Shown: piece by piece, positions 9,060 through 19,657 of the stretch | Layout: each line of letters opens with the position of its first letter | How positions within the stretch are numbered: position 1 is the stretch's first letter | Source: Bdellovibrio sp. | GTDB taxonomy: Bacteria; Bdellovibrionota; Bdellovibrionia; Bdellovibrionales; Bdellovibrionaceae | NCBI GenBank assembly: GCA_036676395.1 | Contig: JAKFCY010000002.1 | Span: 800,001-864,000, forward strand | Direction of reading: 5' to 3' | DNA: 64,000 nt | Notes under the pieces: generated by a model | The model's database searches: none | Told to the model about the DNA's origin: nothing | Seen by the model: only the letters and a program-made list of their open reading frames with translations | Position numbers and translations under genes: made by a program

Positions 9060-10572
9060 ATTGTTTCGCGATTATTTTTTATTAGCGTCGGTAATTATTA
9101 TTTTAACTATCGTATTAGGTTTTTTTGTTTCACGTCTTGTCAGCGAAAGTTTTAGACCCGAGCGCGTTCAGCGCCAAATGTTGCCGCCGATTTTTTTAGC
9201 TAAAACGATAGATAATTTAAATTACCCAACAAAACTTGAAGCGATTAGAGCCTTGGAGTCTTTTCATGATCGTCAAGGTCCGAAACCATCTCTTGTTCTT
9301 ATTAATCAAGATCGGCAGATTCTATATTCTGAGGCAGAACTTTCAGACAAAGATATTCCAACTATCGAAGTTTTAACTTCAATTGTTAATGATTATGATT
9401 TTAAATTTTATGGTGAAAAGCAAGAACGTCCAGGCCCACCAATGCCGGGACCAGGTGGTCCTCCTCCGGGTGGTCCTGGTGGCCCCCCGCCAATGCCAGT
9501 GCAAAAATCGGTGATTAAATTAAAAGATGCGCAAAACGATCCCCAGAAATATTATTTAGTAATTTTGCCGCCCAAAATGTTTGAACCGCAAGGTATGGCG
9601 AAATTAATGCCTGTTTTAGGTATTGGTTCATTAGTATTATCACTATTGATCGGTGTGGGGCTTACGCTATTTGTAATTTACTTATCAGTGCGCAAAAAAG
9701 TTAAGGATGCCGATTACGTAATTTCAGAATTACATAAAGGTAATCTTAAAGCGCGCTTTGCCGTAGACCGTAATGATGAATTCGGCCAAGCGATGCTTCG
9801 CTTTAATCAAATGGCCGACCAGATCGAACATTTAGTCAGCCATTTAAAAAGTGTAGAAGTCAGCCGCCGTAAACTTTTACAAGAATTAGCTCATGATTTG
9901 CGAACGCCAATTGCTTCGTTAAAAACCTTACTTGAGACCTTAGAAACAAATAATGAAAAACTTGATTCTAAAACTAAATCAGAACTTCTTTCGCTTTCAA
10001 ACAAAGAAATAAATTATTTTGCTCGTTTAGTTGAAGATTTATTAGTGTTATCTCAGGTCGATGATCCCAAATACAGCAGCGAAAATTCTGGTGTCGCCAT
10101 TTCACAACTTCTTCAGGATGAAATCTATGATGTCGAAGTTAAAAACGCGACAAAACAAATAGAATTTAAGTCTGATTTCAGCGAAGGTCTGCCGCTAATT
10201 GATGGAGATCGAAATTTATTAAAACGTATGTTGCGCAATGCTCTCGAAAACTCTGTTTCATTTACGAAAAACAAATTATGGATTTCGATTCGTGATATTA
10301 GCCCAACAACATTCAGTATTGTGATCTCTGACGATGGTTCGGGGTTTAATCCAGATAGTTTATCTGAATTTGGCGAGCGCCGTATGACTAGAAAAATTCA
10401 ATACAATGGAAACGACAATTCACGTGTATCGGTAGGATTAGGCTCTGTGATTATGAAAAAGATCTGCGAAATTCATGGTGGAAAACTAAAAGCCGAAAAT
10501 CGCACGAACGAACGGGGAGTCATAGAGGGTGCGATTGTCACCTTCACTTTACCGAAATCAAAAAGCGCATAA
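9046..10572 (+). CDS. HAMP sensor histidine kinase
   Basis: 2 TM, HAMP, AHDLRTP, NALENS, DDGSG, GLG. Confidence 0.93.
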   Translation: MIKHRLFRDYFLLASVIIILTIVLGFFVSRLVSESFRPERVQRQMLPPIFLAKTIDNLNYPTKLEAIRALESFHDRQGPKPSLVLINQDRQILYSEAELSDKDIPTIEVLTSIVNDYDFKFYGEKQERPGPPMPGPGGPPPGGPGGPPPMPVQKSVIKLKDAQNDPQKYYLVILPPKMFEPQGMAKLMPVLGIGSLVLSLLIGVGLTLFVIYLSVRKKVKDADYVISELHKGNLKARFAVDRNDEFGQAMLRFNQMADQIEHLVSHLKSVEVSRRKLLQELAHDLRTPIASLKTLLETLETNNEKLDSKTKSELLSLSNKEINYFARLVEDLLVLSQVDDPKYSSENSGVAISQLLQDEIYDVEVKNATKQIEFKSDFSEGLPLIDGDRNLLKRMLRNALENSVSFTKNKLWISIRDISPTTFSIVISDDGSGFNPDSLSEFGERRMTRKIQYNGNDNSRVSVGLGSVIMKKICEIHGGKLKAENRTNERGVIEGAIVTFTLPKSKSA

Positions 10573-10603
10573 AAAAAGGAGAGTTATTAGACTCTCCTTT
10601 TTT
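10571..10603. terminator. Bidirectional terminator
   Basis: AAAAAAAGGAGAGT-tattag-ACTCTCCTTTTTT. Confidence 0.85.
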
Positions 10604-10644
10604 GCTCGTGTTTTCGGTTTACAATGTAAACCGAAATACAGAGT
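10604..10644. repeat. REP-like inverted repeat, copy 1
   Basis: GCTCGTGTTTTCGGTTTACA-a-TGTAAACCGAAATACAGAGT; arms nearly identical to 43098-43156. Confidence 0.75.
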
Positions 10645-10663
10645 GATGAAATAGAACTATTAA

Positions 10664-12616
10664 CTAGTCACGTGAACGAGGTGGGCCTGATGGACGACCA
10701 CCGCGTGATCCTCCGCCGCCGAAACTGCGTCCGCCACCAGATGATGGACGACCAGGTCCGCCGCCACGACCACCACGGAAACCGCGTGCGTCGCCGCCAC
10801 CTTCAGCACGTGGCGCATCGCCATCGAAACTGCGTTGAGGGCGGTCACCACCGAAAGATGGACGATCGCCGCCGAAGCTAGGACGATCTTCACGAGGACG
10901 ATCGAATGAACGTTGTGGACGATCGGCGCCAGCGCCGAATCCACCGCGGTCATTACCACGGAAACCCCATGGACGGCCTTCGCCAGAAGAACGTTCTGGA
11001 CGATCACCACCACCGAAATCACGAGGACCACGATCACGAGAGAATCCACCACGAGAACCGCCGCGGTCATTACCACGGAATCCGCCGCCGCCGAAACCAC
11101 GACGCTCGCCACGGCCTTCGCCGCCACGGTCATCATAATTTCCTTCAGAACGGTGACCAGTTGATTCGCCACGCTCACGTAATTCTAATGAACGAGGTTG
11201 TTTCATGCGAAGTTCTTCGCCTTGGCCAATGTAGTTTAAAGCTTTTGCTAACCACTGTTTTGTTTCAGAAGTAAGATCAGCCATGCCATCTAATTGATCG
11301 ATCGCTTTTTCAAATTTAGAAGTGTCTTTTTCATGCATCTTCATAGCCGCGATCTGTTTTAACCAATTTAATTTCATATTGATTTGAACATCTTCAACTA
11401 AAGGAATTTTTAAACCTTTGAATTTGAAATTTAACGCGCGTTCAAAGCGTGATAATTTTCCAGATTCTTTTGGTTTAACCATTGTCCATACGATACCGGC
11501 TTTACCAGCACGTGCTGTACGACCAATACGGTGAGTGTAAGTTTCTGTATCCCAAGGGATTTCGAAATTCACAACGTGAGTTAAATCCTGGATATCTAAT
11601 CCGCGGGCTGCAACGTCAGTTGCCACTAAGATTTTAGTGCGTTTAGATTTCATGCGCTCAATCGTACGCGTACGGTCGGCTTGCACCTTATCACCGTGAA
11701 GTGAATCAACGTCTAAGCCTAAAGAGCGTAAGCGTAATTCTAATTCTGCAACTTGTTTTTTAGTCGTTGCGAAGATGATACCGTAGAAATCCTGAGTGTT
11801 TTTGATTAATAATGATAAAGCATCTTCTTTATCTTCTTCAAAAATCACGCAGGCAAATGATTCAACATTTGATTTTTCAGCGTGCGTATTTAAAGTTACT
11901 TCTTCAGCGTCTTTTAAATATTTAGACGATAAAGATTTAATTGCGCGAGACATAGTTGCAGAGAACAACCATGTTTTTAAATCTGTTTTAGCAGAAGCTT
12001 TCCAGATTGTTTCTAAAGCTTCTTCGAAACCAAAAGATAACATTTCATCGGCTTCATCTAAAACTAAGTATTTCACGTCTTTAAGATCAACGATTTTTTG
12101 TTCCATAAGATCGACTAAACGACCTGGCGTAGAAACTAATACTTCTGGATTAGCGCGGATGTTTTTGATTTGGCGTTCGTAAGATTCACCACCAACAACT
12201 GTTGTTACTTTGATTTTTTTAAATTCACCAAAGTTACGGATGTGGGCTGCTACTTGCTGAGCTAACTCTCGCGTTGGGCAAAGAACTAAGGCTTGAAGAC
12301 CAGCTCCTGCAGTGATTTTTTCGATAACCGGTAAACCGAACGCTGCGGTTTTTCCAGTTCCTGTTTTAGCTAAAGCCACGATGTCTGTGTCTTTTTCTAA
12401 TAAAAGCGGGATACAGGCTTTTTGAACCGGTGTCGCTTTCGTAAAGTTTAATTTAGTTAAAGCCTTATGAACTTCAGCAGATAAGGCAAATTCCAAGAAA
12501 TCAGATGCGATTTCGTTACCTTCTTGTGCGTCCATTTCAATAATTGGCTCAACTGTTTTTTTCGGTGCTTCTACTGCTAATTCAGCCGTAGGCTCCATGT
12601 TTTCTGTGTTATTCAC
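10664..12616 (-). CDS. DEAD-box RNA helicase with RGG-rich tail
   Basis: TPVQ, AKTGTGKT, PTRELA, TPGRL, DEAD, SAT, ARGLD, HRIGRTAR; probable GTG start with AAGGGA SD. Confidence 0.93.
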   Translation of the reverse strand: MNNTENMEPTAELAVEAPKKTVEPIIEMDAQEGNEIASDFLEFALSAEVHKALTKLNFTKATPVQKACIPLLLEKDTDIVALAKTGTGKTAAFGLPVIEKITAGAGLQALVLCPTRELAQQVAAHIRNFGEFKKIKVTTVVGGESYERQIKNIRANPEVLVSTPGRLVDLMEQKIVDLKDVKYLVLDEADEMLSFGFEEALETIWKASAKTDLKTWLFSATMSRAIKSLSSKYLKDAEEVTLNTHAEKSNVESFACVIFEEDKEDALSLLIKNTQDFYGIIFATTKKQVAELELRLRSLGLDVDSLHGDKVQADRTRTIERMKSKRTKILVATDVAARGLDIQDLTHVVNFEIPWDTETYTHRIGRTARAGKAGIVWTMVKPKESGKLSRFERALNFKFKGLKIPLVEDVQINMKLNWLKQIAAMKMHEKDTSKFEKAIDQLDGMADLTSETKQWLAKALNYIGQGEELRMKQPRSLELRERGESTGHRSEGNYDDRGGEGRGERRGFGGGGFRGNDRGGSRGGFSRDRGPRDFGGGDRPERSSGEGRPWGFRGNDRGGFGAGADRPQRSFDRPREDRPSFGGDRPSFGGDRPQRSFDGDAPRAEGGGDARGFRGGRGGGPGRPSSGGGRSFGGGGSRGGRPSGPPRSRD

Positions 12617-12853
12617 GATCGTCCCTTTTGGTGTGTCGTCGACACTACCTATGTGCATATATTTGCCCGCGTTATTTCACGGATCTATCTGCTGTTTATT
12701 GAGGGCATAAAGTCGCACCGGATTGCCTACTAGTAAAGCATTTTACTGCCTTATGGTAACAAAGCCATCCTGGTGAATTATTTATATGTTTTGGACTGCG
12801 TAATTTAGAACCGTTAGAAAGAGTCAGCAGGGCTGAACAACACTAGGATACCG

Positions 12854-13180
12854 TTATACGTTGAAGCTTGAACCGCAACCACAATTCTTCGTGGCGTTCG
12901 GGTTATTGAAAACAAAGCCTTTTCCGTTTAGTCCGCCAGAAAAATCCAGCGTCATCCCAATTAAATACAGAAGACTTTGGCCATCAACAATGAGTTTTTG
13001 TCCGTTAGATTCAAAGACTTGGTCGCCCTCTTTGGCCTCAGAACCGAAATCCATTTTATACGATAAACCAGAACAACCACCTTTTTTTACTTCGACTCTC
13101 AAAGCGGCTGTTTCGGGTTTGCCTTCCTCAGATTTGAGGGAAGCTAATTTGGATGCTGCGGATTCTGAAATTTGAATCAT
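12854..13180 (-). CDS. iscA: Fe-S cluster assembly A-type carrier (IscA/HesB)
   Basis: GGCSGLSY...NPNATKNCGCGSSF. Confidence 0.92.
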   Translation of the reverse strand: MIQISESAASKLASLKSEEGKPETAALRVEVKKGGCSGLSYKMDFGSEAKEGDQVFESNGQKLIVDGQSLLYLIGMTLDFSGGLNGKGFVFNNPNATKNCGCGSSFNV

Positions 13181-13249
13181 GGGCCCACTATACCCCAAGA
13201 AATGGAGATTGGCTAGGGCCCATTACGACTTTAAATAGATTATAGGGTA

Positions 13250-13654
13250 CTAGAAGCGTTTAACCGCTTCGCCCCATAAGTGAATTTGAATAGCATCCTG
13301 TTTGAAGTTAAGCACAAAGTCACCCGAATCATGACCTTCGAATGATGGCCAATAAACGACTTCGATTTGGCAACGTTGTCCCGGTAATAAAGTTCCTGTG
13401 CAGCTATGACGACCTCTGAAGTCAAAACTTCCGTACATATTAGCGCTGACGTAATCAAGATTTTCGTCACCTGTGTTCGTGATCGTCCAACGAACGGCGT
13501 TGTGTGAGTTTACAAACACACGGCCAAACCAGTGCGAAGTGTAATCTTGTGCAGATACAGATTCTAACTCTGGAGTTACTTCGATTTGGGCGGCTGCATG
13601 AACGGCTTGGGTCAAGCTAAGTGTAGCTGCTAAAGCTAAGAAAAATTTTGTCAT
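13250..13654 (-). CDS. Secreted Ig-like (ASH-type) domain protein
   Basis: Signal peptide; TITNTG...CTGTLLPGQRCQIEVVYWP. Confidence 0.7.
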   Translation of the reverse strand: MTKFFLALAATLSLTQAVHAAAQIEVTPELESVSAQDYTSHWFGRVFVNSHNAVRWTITNTGDENLDYVSANMYGSFDFRGRHSCTGTLLPGQRCQIEVVYWPSFEGHDSGDFVLNFKQDAIQIHLWGEAVKRF

Positions 13655-13742
13655 ATGAAATCCCTTTCACAAATGGTGATGCGGTAATTGCACCAATATT
13701 TTTTAACTTTGTCCAACAAAGATATTGTGCTTCAATTAATTC

Positions 13743-16004
13743 ATGGCAAAAACCACTCCGTTTTTTCAACCGTATTTCACTGCTGATCGTAAACCTCCGT
13801 ATTTTAAGGTGAAAACTTTCGAAGCGGTGATTAAAGACTCCCAAAATCGAATTTATTTTGAAAAGCATGGCGTGAATGCCCCAGAACACTGGTCGCAGAC
13901 GGCCGTCGATATTGCCGCTAGTAAGTATTTTCGTAAAAGCGAGAAAAAAGAAAATTCAATTTTTGCTTTAGTGAATCGTATCGCATCAGGTCTTAAAACT
14001 GCGGCAACCAGTTCAAAATTATTTAGCGGTGCAAAAGAAATTGACTCGTTTATCAATGAGATTACCTTTCACTTATTGAACCAATCAGCGGCTTTTAATT
14101 CGCCGGTGTGGTTTAACTGTGGTTTGCATGAAACCTATAAAATTTCATCGACCAGCCATCACTTTGCCTGGGATTATAAGAATAAAAAAGTCAGCGAAAT
14201 CACCGATGCTTTTAAAAGACCGCAATGTTCAGCGTGTTTTATTCAATCAGTCGATGATTCTTTAGAGTCGATTTTTGATTTAGTTAAAACTGAGGCTAAA
14301 CTTTTTAAATATGGTTCAGGCTCTGGTACTAATTTTTCAAGTTTACGCAGTAAATATGAAACTTTAAATTCAGGTGGCACAAGTTCTGGCTTAATTTCAT
14401 TTTTAGAAATTTTAGATAAATCAGCTGGTGCCATAAAATCTGGCGGAACAACTCGCAGAGCCGCAAAAATGGTTTGTGTTGATATGGATCATCCTGAAAT
14501 TTCAGAATTTATTTCCTGGAAGATGAAAGAAGAAAAAAAAGCTCACGCCTTAATAGCTCAAGGATATTCAGCAGAACTTGACGGTGAATCTTATCACACA
14601 GTTTCTGGCCAAAATGCGAATAACTCGGTTCGTATTTCGGATAAGTTTATGCACGCTTTAGAAAAGAACACACAGTGGACTTTGAAATCGCGTATAAACG
14701 GCAAAACGGTTTCTGAAGTCACCGCTGATGCCCTTTGGACAAAACTTTGTCAGGCCGCCTGGCATTGCGCTGACCCTGGCGTGCAATTTAGCGATACGAT
14801 TAATAAGTTTCACACCTGTAAAGAAACAGCGCCAATCAATGCCAGCAATCCTTGCTCTGAGTATATGTTTTTAGATGATTCGGCCTGTAATTTAGCTTCG
14901 TTAAATTTAGTAAAATTTTTTGATAATGCAAAACCGGGTGATGAGAAATTTAAAATTCATGAGTTTTTATTAACCGTTAAAACTTTTATTTTAGCGCAAG
15001 AATTTTTTGTCGATTATTCAAGTTATCCGACTGAAGAAATTGCGCAAAACTCGCATGACTATCGCCCCTTAGGTTTAGGCTATGCCAACCTGGGAAGTCT
15101 GCTTATGCAAATGGGCTTAGCTTATGATAGCGACCATGCCAGAGCTTTCGCAGGTGCCATGACGGCGATGATGACAGGCATGGCTTATTACACCAGCAGT
15201 GAATTAGCCACCAAACTAAAACCTTTTGCTGGCTTTAAGAAAAACAAAAAATCAATGATGGCTGTTATGAAGCTGCATCAAAAAGCTTTAAAAAATATCC
15301 AGTGGGACTTGCTGCCTGCGGTGTACAAAGACATTTGCCAAAATATCTGGAGTGAAGTTCTAGTAATGGGTGAAAAGCACGGATTTAGAAATGCGCAAGT
15401 GAGTGTGATCGCGCCAACTGGAACCATTGGGCTTGTGATGGATTGTGACACTACGGGCATTGAACCAGATTTTTCACTCATCAAACGTAAAAAATTATCT
15501 GGTGGCGGACAAATCAAGATCGTTAATCAGTCGGCGAAAGTGGCTTTAGATAATTTAGGTTACTCTGTTGTTGATCGTGATAAAATTTTATTTCAAATCG
15601 AAAATGGTGAAGATTTTATTGCGGGCCCTGTTTTGCGAAAAGAACACAGAAAAATATTTTTTACCGCTGCAGGAACTACGCAAACCGGAGACGATGTGCT
15701 ATCGCCAGACGCCCACATTTTGATGATGGCGGCGGTACAACCTTTTATCTCTGGCGCTATTTCTAAGACTGTAAATTTGCCAAACAGTGCAACTGAAGCT
15801 GACATCGCCGAGGTTTATCATAAAGCGTGGCGCTTAAATTTAAAAGCGGTGGCTGTATACCGAGATGGCAGCAAATTTGTACAGCCCTTGAATCGCAATA
15901 AACCTGAATTTCCTGCTTGCACCGAGTGTGGTAGCCCCACAGTTCTAGAATCAGGCTGTTATCGCTGTTTGAATTGTGGAACCACAACAGCCTGTTCGAG
16001 TTAA
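13743..16004 (+). CDS. nrdJ: Vitamin B12-dependent class II ribonucleotide reductase
   Basis: [43 protein letters not shown]-terminal CxxC..CxxC. Confidence 0.93.
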   Translation: MAKTTPFFQPYFTADRKPPYFKVKTFEAVIKDSQNRIYFEKHGVNAPEHWSQTAVDIAASKYFRKSEKKENSIFALVNRIASGLKTAATSSKLFSGAKEIDSFINEITFHLLNQSAAFNSPVWFNCGLHETYKISSTSHHFAWDYKNKKVSEITDAFKRPQCSACFIQSVDDSLESIFDLVKTEAKLFKYGSGSGTNFSSLRSKYETLNSGGTSSGLISFLEILDKSAGAIKSGGTTRRAAKMVCVDMDHPEISEFISWKMKEEKKAHALIAQGYSAELDGESYHTVSGQNANNSVRISDKFMHALEKNTQWTLKSRINGKTVSEVTADALWTKLCQAAWHCADPGVQFSDTINKFHTCKETAPINASNPCSEYMFLDDSACNLASLNLVKFFDNAKPGDEKFKIHEFLLTVKTFILAQEFFVDYSSYPTEEIAQNSHDYRPLGLGYANLGSLLMQMGLAYDSDHARAFAGAMTAMMTGMAYYTSSELATKLKPFAGFKKNKKSMMAVMKLHQKALKNIQWDLLPAVYKDICQNIWSEVLVMGEKHGFRNAQVSVIAPTGTIGLVMDCDTTGIEPDFSLIKRKKLSGGGQIKIVNQSAKVALDNLGYSVVDRDKILFQIENGEDFIAGPVLRKEHRKIFFTAAGTTQTGDDVLSPDAHILMMAAVQPFISGAISKTVNLPNSATEADIAEVYHKAWRLNLKAVAVYRDGSKFVQPLNRNKPEFPACTECGSPTVLESGCYRCLNCGTTTACSS

Positions 16005-16089
16005 ACAAGCGGTCAAGATTCGGTTAAAATACGTTATAGCTAAGAGCTATCTCTAGGAATCATCTTTGATCTGTGATATTCAAGCATCC

Positions 16090-16476
16090 ATGCAGGCACA
16101 AGCTACGATTCTAGTAATGGATGATGATATTGATCTTCTCGATGTTCTTAAAGAGACATTAATTACATTGTGCAAAATCGATAAAGTCATTACAGCCACT
16201 TCACTATCTGCAGTTCAACAACAAAAAGAAGCTATTCTAAAATGCCAAATAGCTATTTTAGATGTGAACTTAGGTGCCGGCCACCCATCTGGCGTTGATG
16301 TGGCTGAATGGCTTCGCACAAATAATTTTACAGGTAAAATTGTTTTTCTAACAGGACATGCTGTTTCAGATCCAGAAGTTTTAGCCGCAACGAAAATGCC
16401 TGACACTAAAGTGGTTGCAAAGCCAATTGGCCTAAGCCAGTTACTTAGTTTTGTCGAAGGTGTAGCACGTACGTGA
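16090..16476 (+). CDS. Single-domain response regulator
   Basis: VMDDD, ILDVNL, FLTG, KP; alternative TTG start at 16066. Confidence 0.85.
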   Translation: MQAQATILVMDDDIDLLDVLKETLITLCKIDKVITATSLSAVQQQKEAILKCQIAILDVNLGAGHPSGVDVAEWLRTNNFTGKIVFLTGHAVSDPEVLAATKMPDTKVVAKPIGLSQLLSFVEGVART

Positions 16477-17309
16477 ATAACCGCACCGCTGAATCGCATA
16501 TGGAAGCCTATCGCACGCTGGTGTTTGCCTGCGTGGCCTCAATTGTGGTGCAGACGATTTTTATTTTCATCGATGGCGCAACTTTAGGAATATTTATGGC
16601 TTGGCTTAATGGGGCACATGTATTCATAGCAGCGGTCATCGGTTATTGGCTGTTTAGGCATCGCGAAAATGTGCCTTCGATAAAATCTTTAGAGGTCGGA
16701 TTTTTTATTTTATCCGCTCCGTATTTAGTCACAACCTGGATGGGTGAAGCTAAGGGTATCGAGCTTGGACAAATTCGGCAACCGTTTGTTCCCTTTCAGT
16801 TTCTTTGTGTTTACATTGCCGTGTTATCGCCTGGACGCATAGTCGTTGCGGTCGCTGAAATTTTTGTAAGTCTTGTGGTTGCTGTTGCTTTCTGGTTTGT
16901 TTTAAAGAGCCAGTATCCATTAACAGGTATACCTGGTGAGCCTTGGGCGACTTTAACTTTTGGTCTTATCGCCTTGATGATGTTAGCAGCTAGAGCTTAT
17001 CGTAAAGGTATAATTCAGAAATTAGAAAAAACGCGTGCAGAAGCTGAAGCCTTCGAGCGTGCGGCTCGTTTATTCTTAGCAGTACGTGATCGGGCTAATT
17101 CTCCGTTACAAGTCATTAACCTGTGCGCAACTTTAATCATGGCGCGTAATCCTGCCGAAGTAGAAACAGTTGAACGTTTGCAGCGCTCCTTGGTCAAACT
17201 GCAAGAGCTGACAGATATTTTAGCCGAAACTGAAATTTGGCGCGAAACTTATAAGGCTGGCGGCGATATTTCTGCAGAAATCGACAAAACTTTTAATAAG
17301 CTGGTTTAA
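16473..17309 (+). CDS. Polytopic membrane protein with degenerate HisKA-like tail
   Basis: ~6 hydrophobic segments, then RDRANSPLQVI helices; GTGA overlap with the upstream gene. Confidence 0.75.
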   Translation: MNNRTAESHMEAYRTLVFACVASIVVQTIFIFIDGATLGIFMAWLNGAHVFIAAVIGYWLFRHRENVPSIKSLEVGFFILSAPYLVTTWMGEAKGIELGQIRQPFVPFQFLCVYIAVLSPGRIVVAVAEIFVSLVVAVAFWFVLKSQYPLTGIPGEPWATLTFGLIALMMLAARAYRKGIIQKLEKTRAEAEAFERAARLFLAVRDRANSPLQVINLCATLIMARNPAEVETVERLQRSLVKLQELTDILAETEIWRETYKAGGDISAEIDKTFNKLV

Positions 17310-17329
17310 TTATTGCTGAACAATTTCTA

Positions 17330-18394
17330 ATGAAATTGATGCGCAAAATATTAATTATCGTTTTAATTCTTGGTGCAATTCGGTTACTGCTTCCAGTCGC
17401 TGCGTTGGCAGCTATAAATTACGCCTTACGCAACAAAATCCAAGATTACGTGGGGCATATTGATGATCTTCATCTTGCGATCTTAAGAGGTGCTGTAGAG
17501 TTTAAAGACCTGCATCTTGAAAAAAGAGATAAACCAGAGGTGCTACAAGCGAATGTCGAAAGTATTAAATTCAATCTTTCATGGCAAGACCTATGGGATA
17601 AGAAAGCAATTGCTGAAGTTTATGTAAATAAGGTTGAAGTTGTTTTGACTGAAATCCCTAAACCAAAACCACCAAAGCCCGAAGATTTAACATTTAAAGA
17701 AATCAGAAAAATATTAGCTGAATCAAAATGGTCTTCAGAGATCAATAAATTTGAAGTTAAAAATTCGTCGGTTAAATTTATAGTTCCTGAAGCTAAAACT
17801 CCGCTCGTGGTTTCAAATATTAACGTTGATATTTATAATTTACATTTTTCGCCAGCTAAAGAATGGCAGCTAGCTGATTTTGCAGTAAAGGGTTTGTTGC
17901 AGGGGCAGGGCGAGGTCAATCTAAGCGGCAAACTTCAACCGCTGGCCTTGCCGCCGATGGCTGATCTTAATTTTTCATTAGTTGATTTCGATTTAAAAAC
18001 TTTGAATGGACTATTACTTAAAATCTTACCAATGGATATTACGCGCGGTAAATTAAGCGCTTATATCGAAACAGCTACAGAAAAAGGTTATTCAAATGGC
18101 TATGCTAAAATATTTTTTGACGAAATAGATGTGATTGCTAGTCCGCAAAAAATCAAATCAGGGCGGCATTTTTTAATTGAAGCAAGTGCAGCCCTTGGAT
18201 ATTGGATTTTGAAAAATGATAAAGAAAAATCCTTAGCGGTCAATCTGCCGTTTAAAATTAAGCATGATAGCGTGGCAGTTAATACTTCTGAAGCCTTCTG
18301 GTCAACGATTGAAAATAAACGTGATGAGCTTGATCGTAAATTAGAAAACTCAGTCAGTTTTGCACAAAATCGCGATGAAAATAAATTGGAATAA
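17330..18394 (+). CDS. DUF748/AsmA-like protein
   Basis: N-terminal anchor, YVGHIDDLHLAILRG, beta-rich body. Confidence 0.7.
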   Translation: MKLMRKILIIVLILGAIRLLLPVAALAAINYALRNKIQDYVGHIDDLHLAILRGAVEFKDLHLEKRDKPEVLQANVESIKFNLSWQDLWDKKAIAEVYVNKVEVVLTEIPKPKPPKPEDLTFKEIRKILAESKWSSEINKFEVKNSSVKFIVPEAKTPLVVSNINVDIYNLHFSPAKEWQLADFAVKGLLQGQGEVNLSGKLQPLALPPMADLNFSLVDFDLKTLNGLLLKILPMDITRGKLSAYIETATEKGYSNGYAKIFFDEIDVIASPQKIKSGRHFLIEASAALGYWILKNDKEKSLAVNLPFKIKHDSVAVNTSEAFWSTIENKRDELDRKLENSVSFAQNRDENKLE

Positions 18395-18554
18395 GCCAAA
18401 GTGATCGGCACTAAGACTGCGCTTTTCATTAAAAGTGAAGCCTTCATAAATATTCCTTTTTGCCTCATTTTTTTGTCTATGGGGCGATATTGCCAATTGA
18501 TAATTTAAATTCAGCTTTACGTGCCATTAAATGCAATTTGTATGTCGTTAACTC

Positions 18555-18569
18555 TGGCGCCAGGTTTGC
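18555..18569 (+). promoter_or_regulatory. sigma54-like promoter
   Basis: TGGCGCCAGGTTTGC, close to consensus TGGCAC-N5-TTGC. Confidence 0.6.
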
Positions 18570-18617
18570 TTTAGTCGATGCAAACTACATTACAGACATT
18601 GTCAGAAGAAGGACAAC

Positions 18618-18848
18618 ATGGCTCAACACCAAACCAGCAAGAATCAAGTCACGCGCAGTGGCCAAATGAATAAAAACGACATGGCAAAAACCACTCCTGC
18701 TAGCAGACCTCGTGATGATTTGCGAACAGCCTACGGTGGCGATGAAAACCGCGGCCCAGCTGGCGATCAAAAGGCCACAACATCTAAAAGTGGCAGGGTT
18801 AAAGGTCGCAGGCTTCCTGCCGATTCGGCGAAAACGCCAGTTCGTTAG
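18618..18848 (+). CDS. Small basic hydrophilic protein
   Basis: AAGGA SD, sigma54-like promoter upstream. Confidence 0.55.
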   Translation: MAQHQTSKNQVTRSGQMNKNDMAKTTPASRPRDDLRTAYGGDENRGPAGDQKATTSKSGRVKGRRLPADSAKTPVR

Positions 18849-19054
18849 ATGCGGTCGGCTCGGCGCCCCCGGCTAGACCCAGATTGGAACTCATTTATTT
18901 TATCTGAATTATAACTGAGTCCGAAATGGAACTGGTGCGATAAAAAATTCCTTTACCAAAAATTGATCAACAAAAAAATGGACTATGTTCATAGGGATGA
19001 ACTACAAACAGCTCATCAATTTATTTTTATTTACTAATTATTTTTAGGAGATTT

Positions 19055-19594
19055 ATGAAACAGTTATTAATGGTTATCGCGGTGATCTGCTTAGCACAAA
19101 CTGCAAAAGCGCAATCTTGGCAGTATATGCCTGAAAATCTTTCTTTAGTTCACGAACACTTAAATAAAGATCTTTATAAATTCGACAACAAAATCGTTAA
19201 TTTTTCGATATCTAAAAACAGAGAAGTAGCGCGCTTACAAATTTTAAATAACCTGTGCCCTTCGGCTAATGGCGGCTTTTCTTGTTTAGCAATGCCTTCA
19301 GTTGTTTTAAACGCAACATATACAATCAAGCAGGTGACTACTGATGACTGCGGCATTCAAGTTCTAATCAGCAATAACGTTGATGTCGGCAGTAAATTTA
19401 TGAGAAATGTAAAACGTTATGCGCAAGTTCGCATTACTGATTACACTCACTCAGTATGTGAAATGGTTTACCCGGCTGATGTGAAGGTAGAATTAAAAGA
19501 AACTACTAAAGATTCTGAATTAGACAAAGTTGAAATTCACTATTCGACATTATTATTCAATTACGAAAAAATTAGTGGTCCTGTGTCTCAGTAG
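19055..19594 (+). CDS. Hypothetical secreted protein
   Basis: AGGAG SD, signal peptide, 4 Cys in the mature part. Confidence 0.8.
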   Translation: MKQLLMVIAVICLAQTAKAQSWQYMPENLSLVHEHLNKDLYKFDNKIVNFSISKNREVARLQILNNLCPSANGGFSCLAMPSVVLNATYTIKQVTTDDCGIQVLISNNVDVGSKFMRNVKRYAQVRITDYTHSVCEMVYPADVKVELKETTKDSELDKVEIHYSTLLFNYEKISGPVSQ

Positions 19595-19622
19595 TTGTTG
19601 ATTGAAATACGGTACTCAAATT

Positions 19623-19654
19623 AAAAGAGGCGACTTATGTCGCCTCTTTTTTTT
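19623..19654. terminator. Bidirectional terminator
   Basis: AAAAGAGGCGAC-ttat-GTCGCCTCTTTTTTTT. Confidence 0.88.
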
Positions 19655-19657
19655 GGT

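Noticed and set aside
10660..11274. Several overlapping ORFs on both strands in the helicase tail
   Set aside because: By-products of the GC-rich low-complexity RGG coding sequence; no SD or motifs
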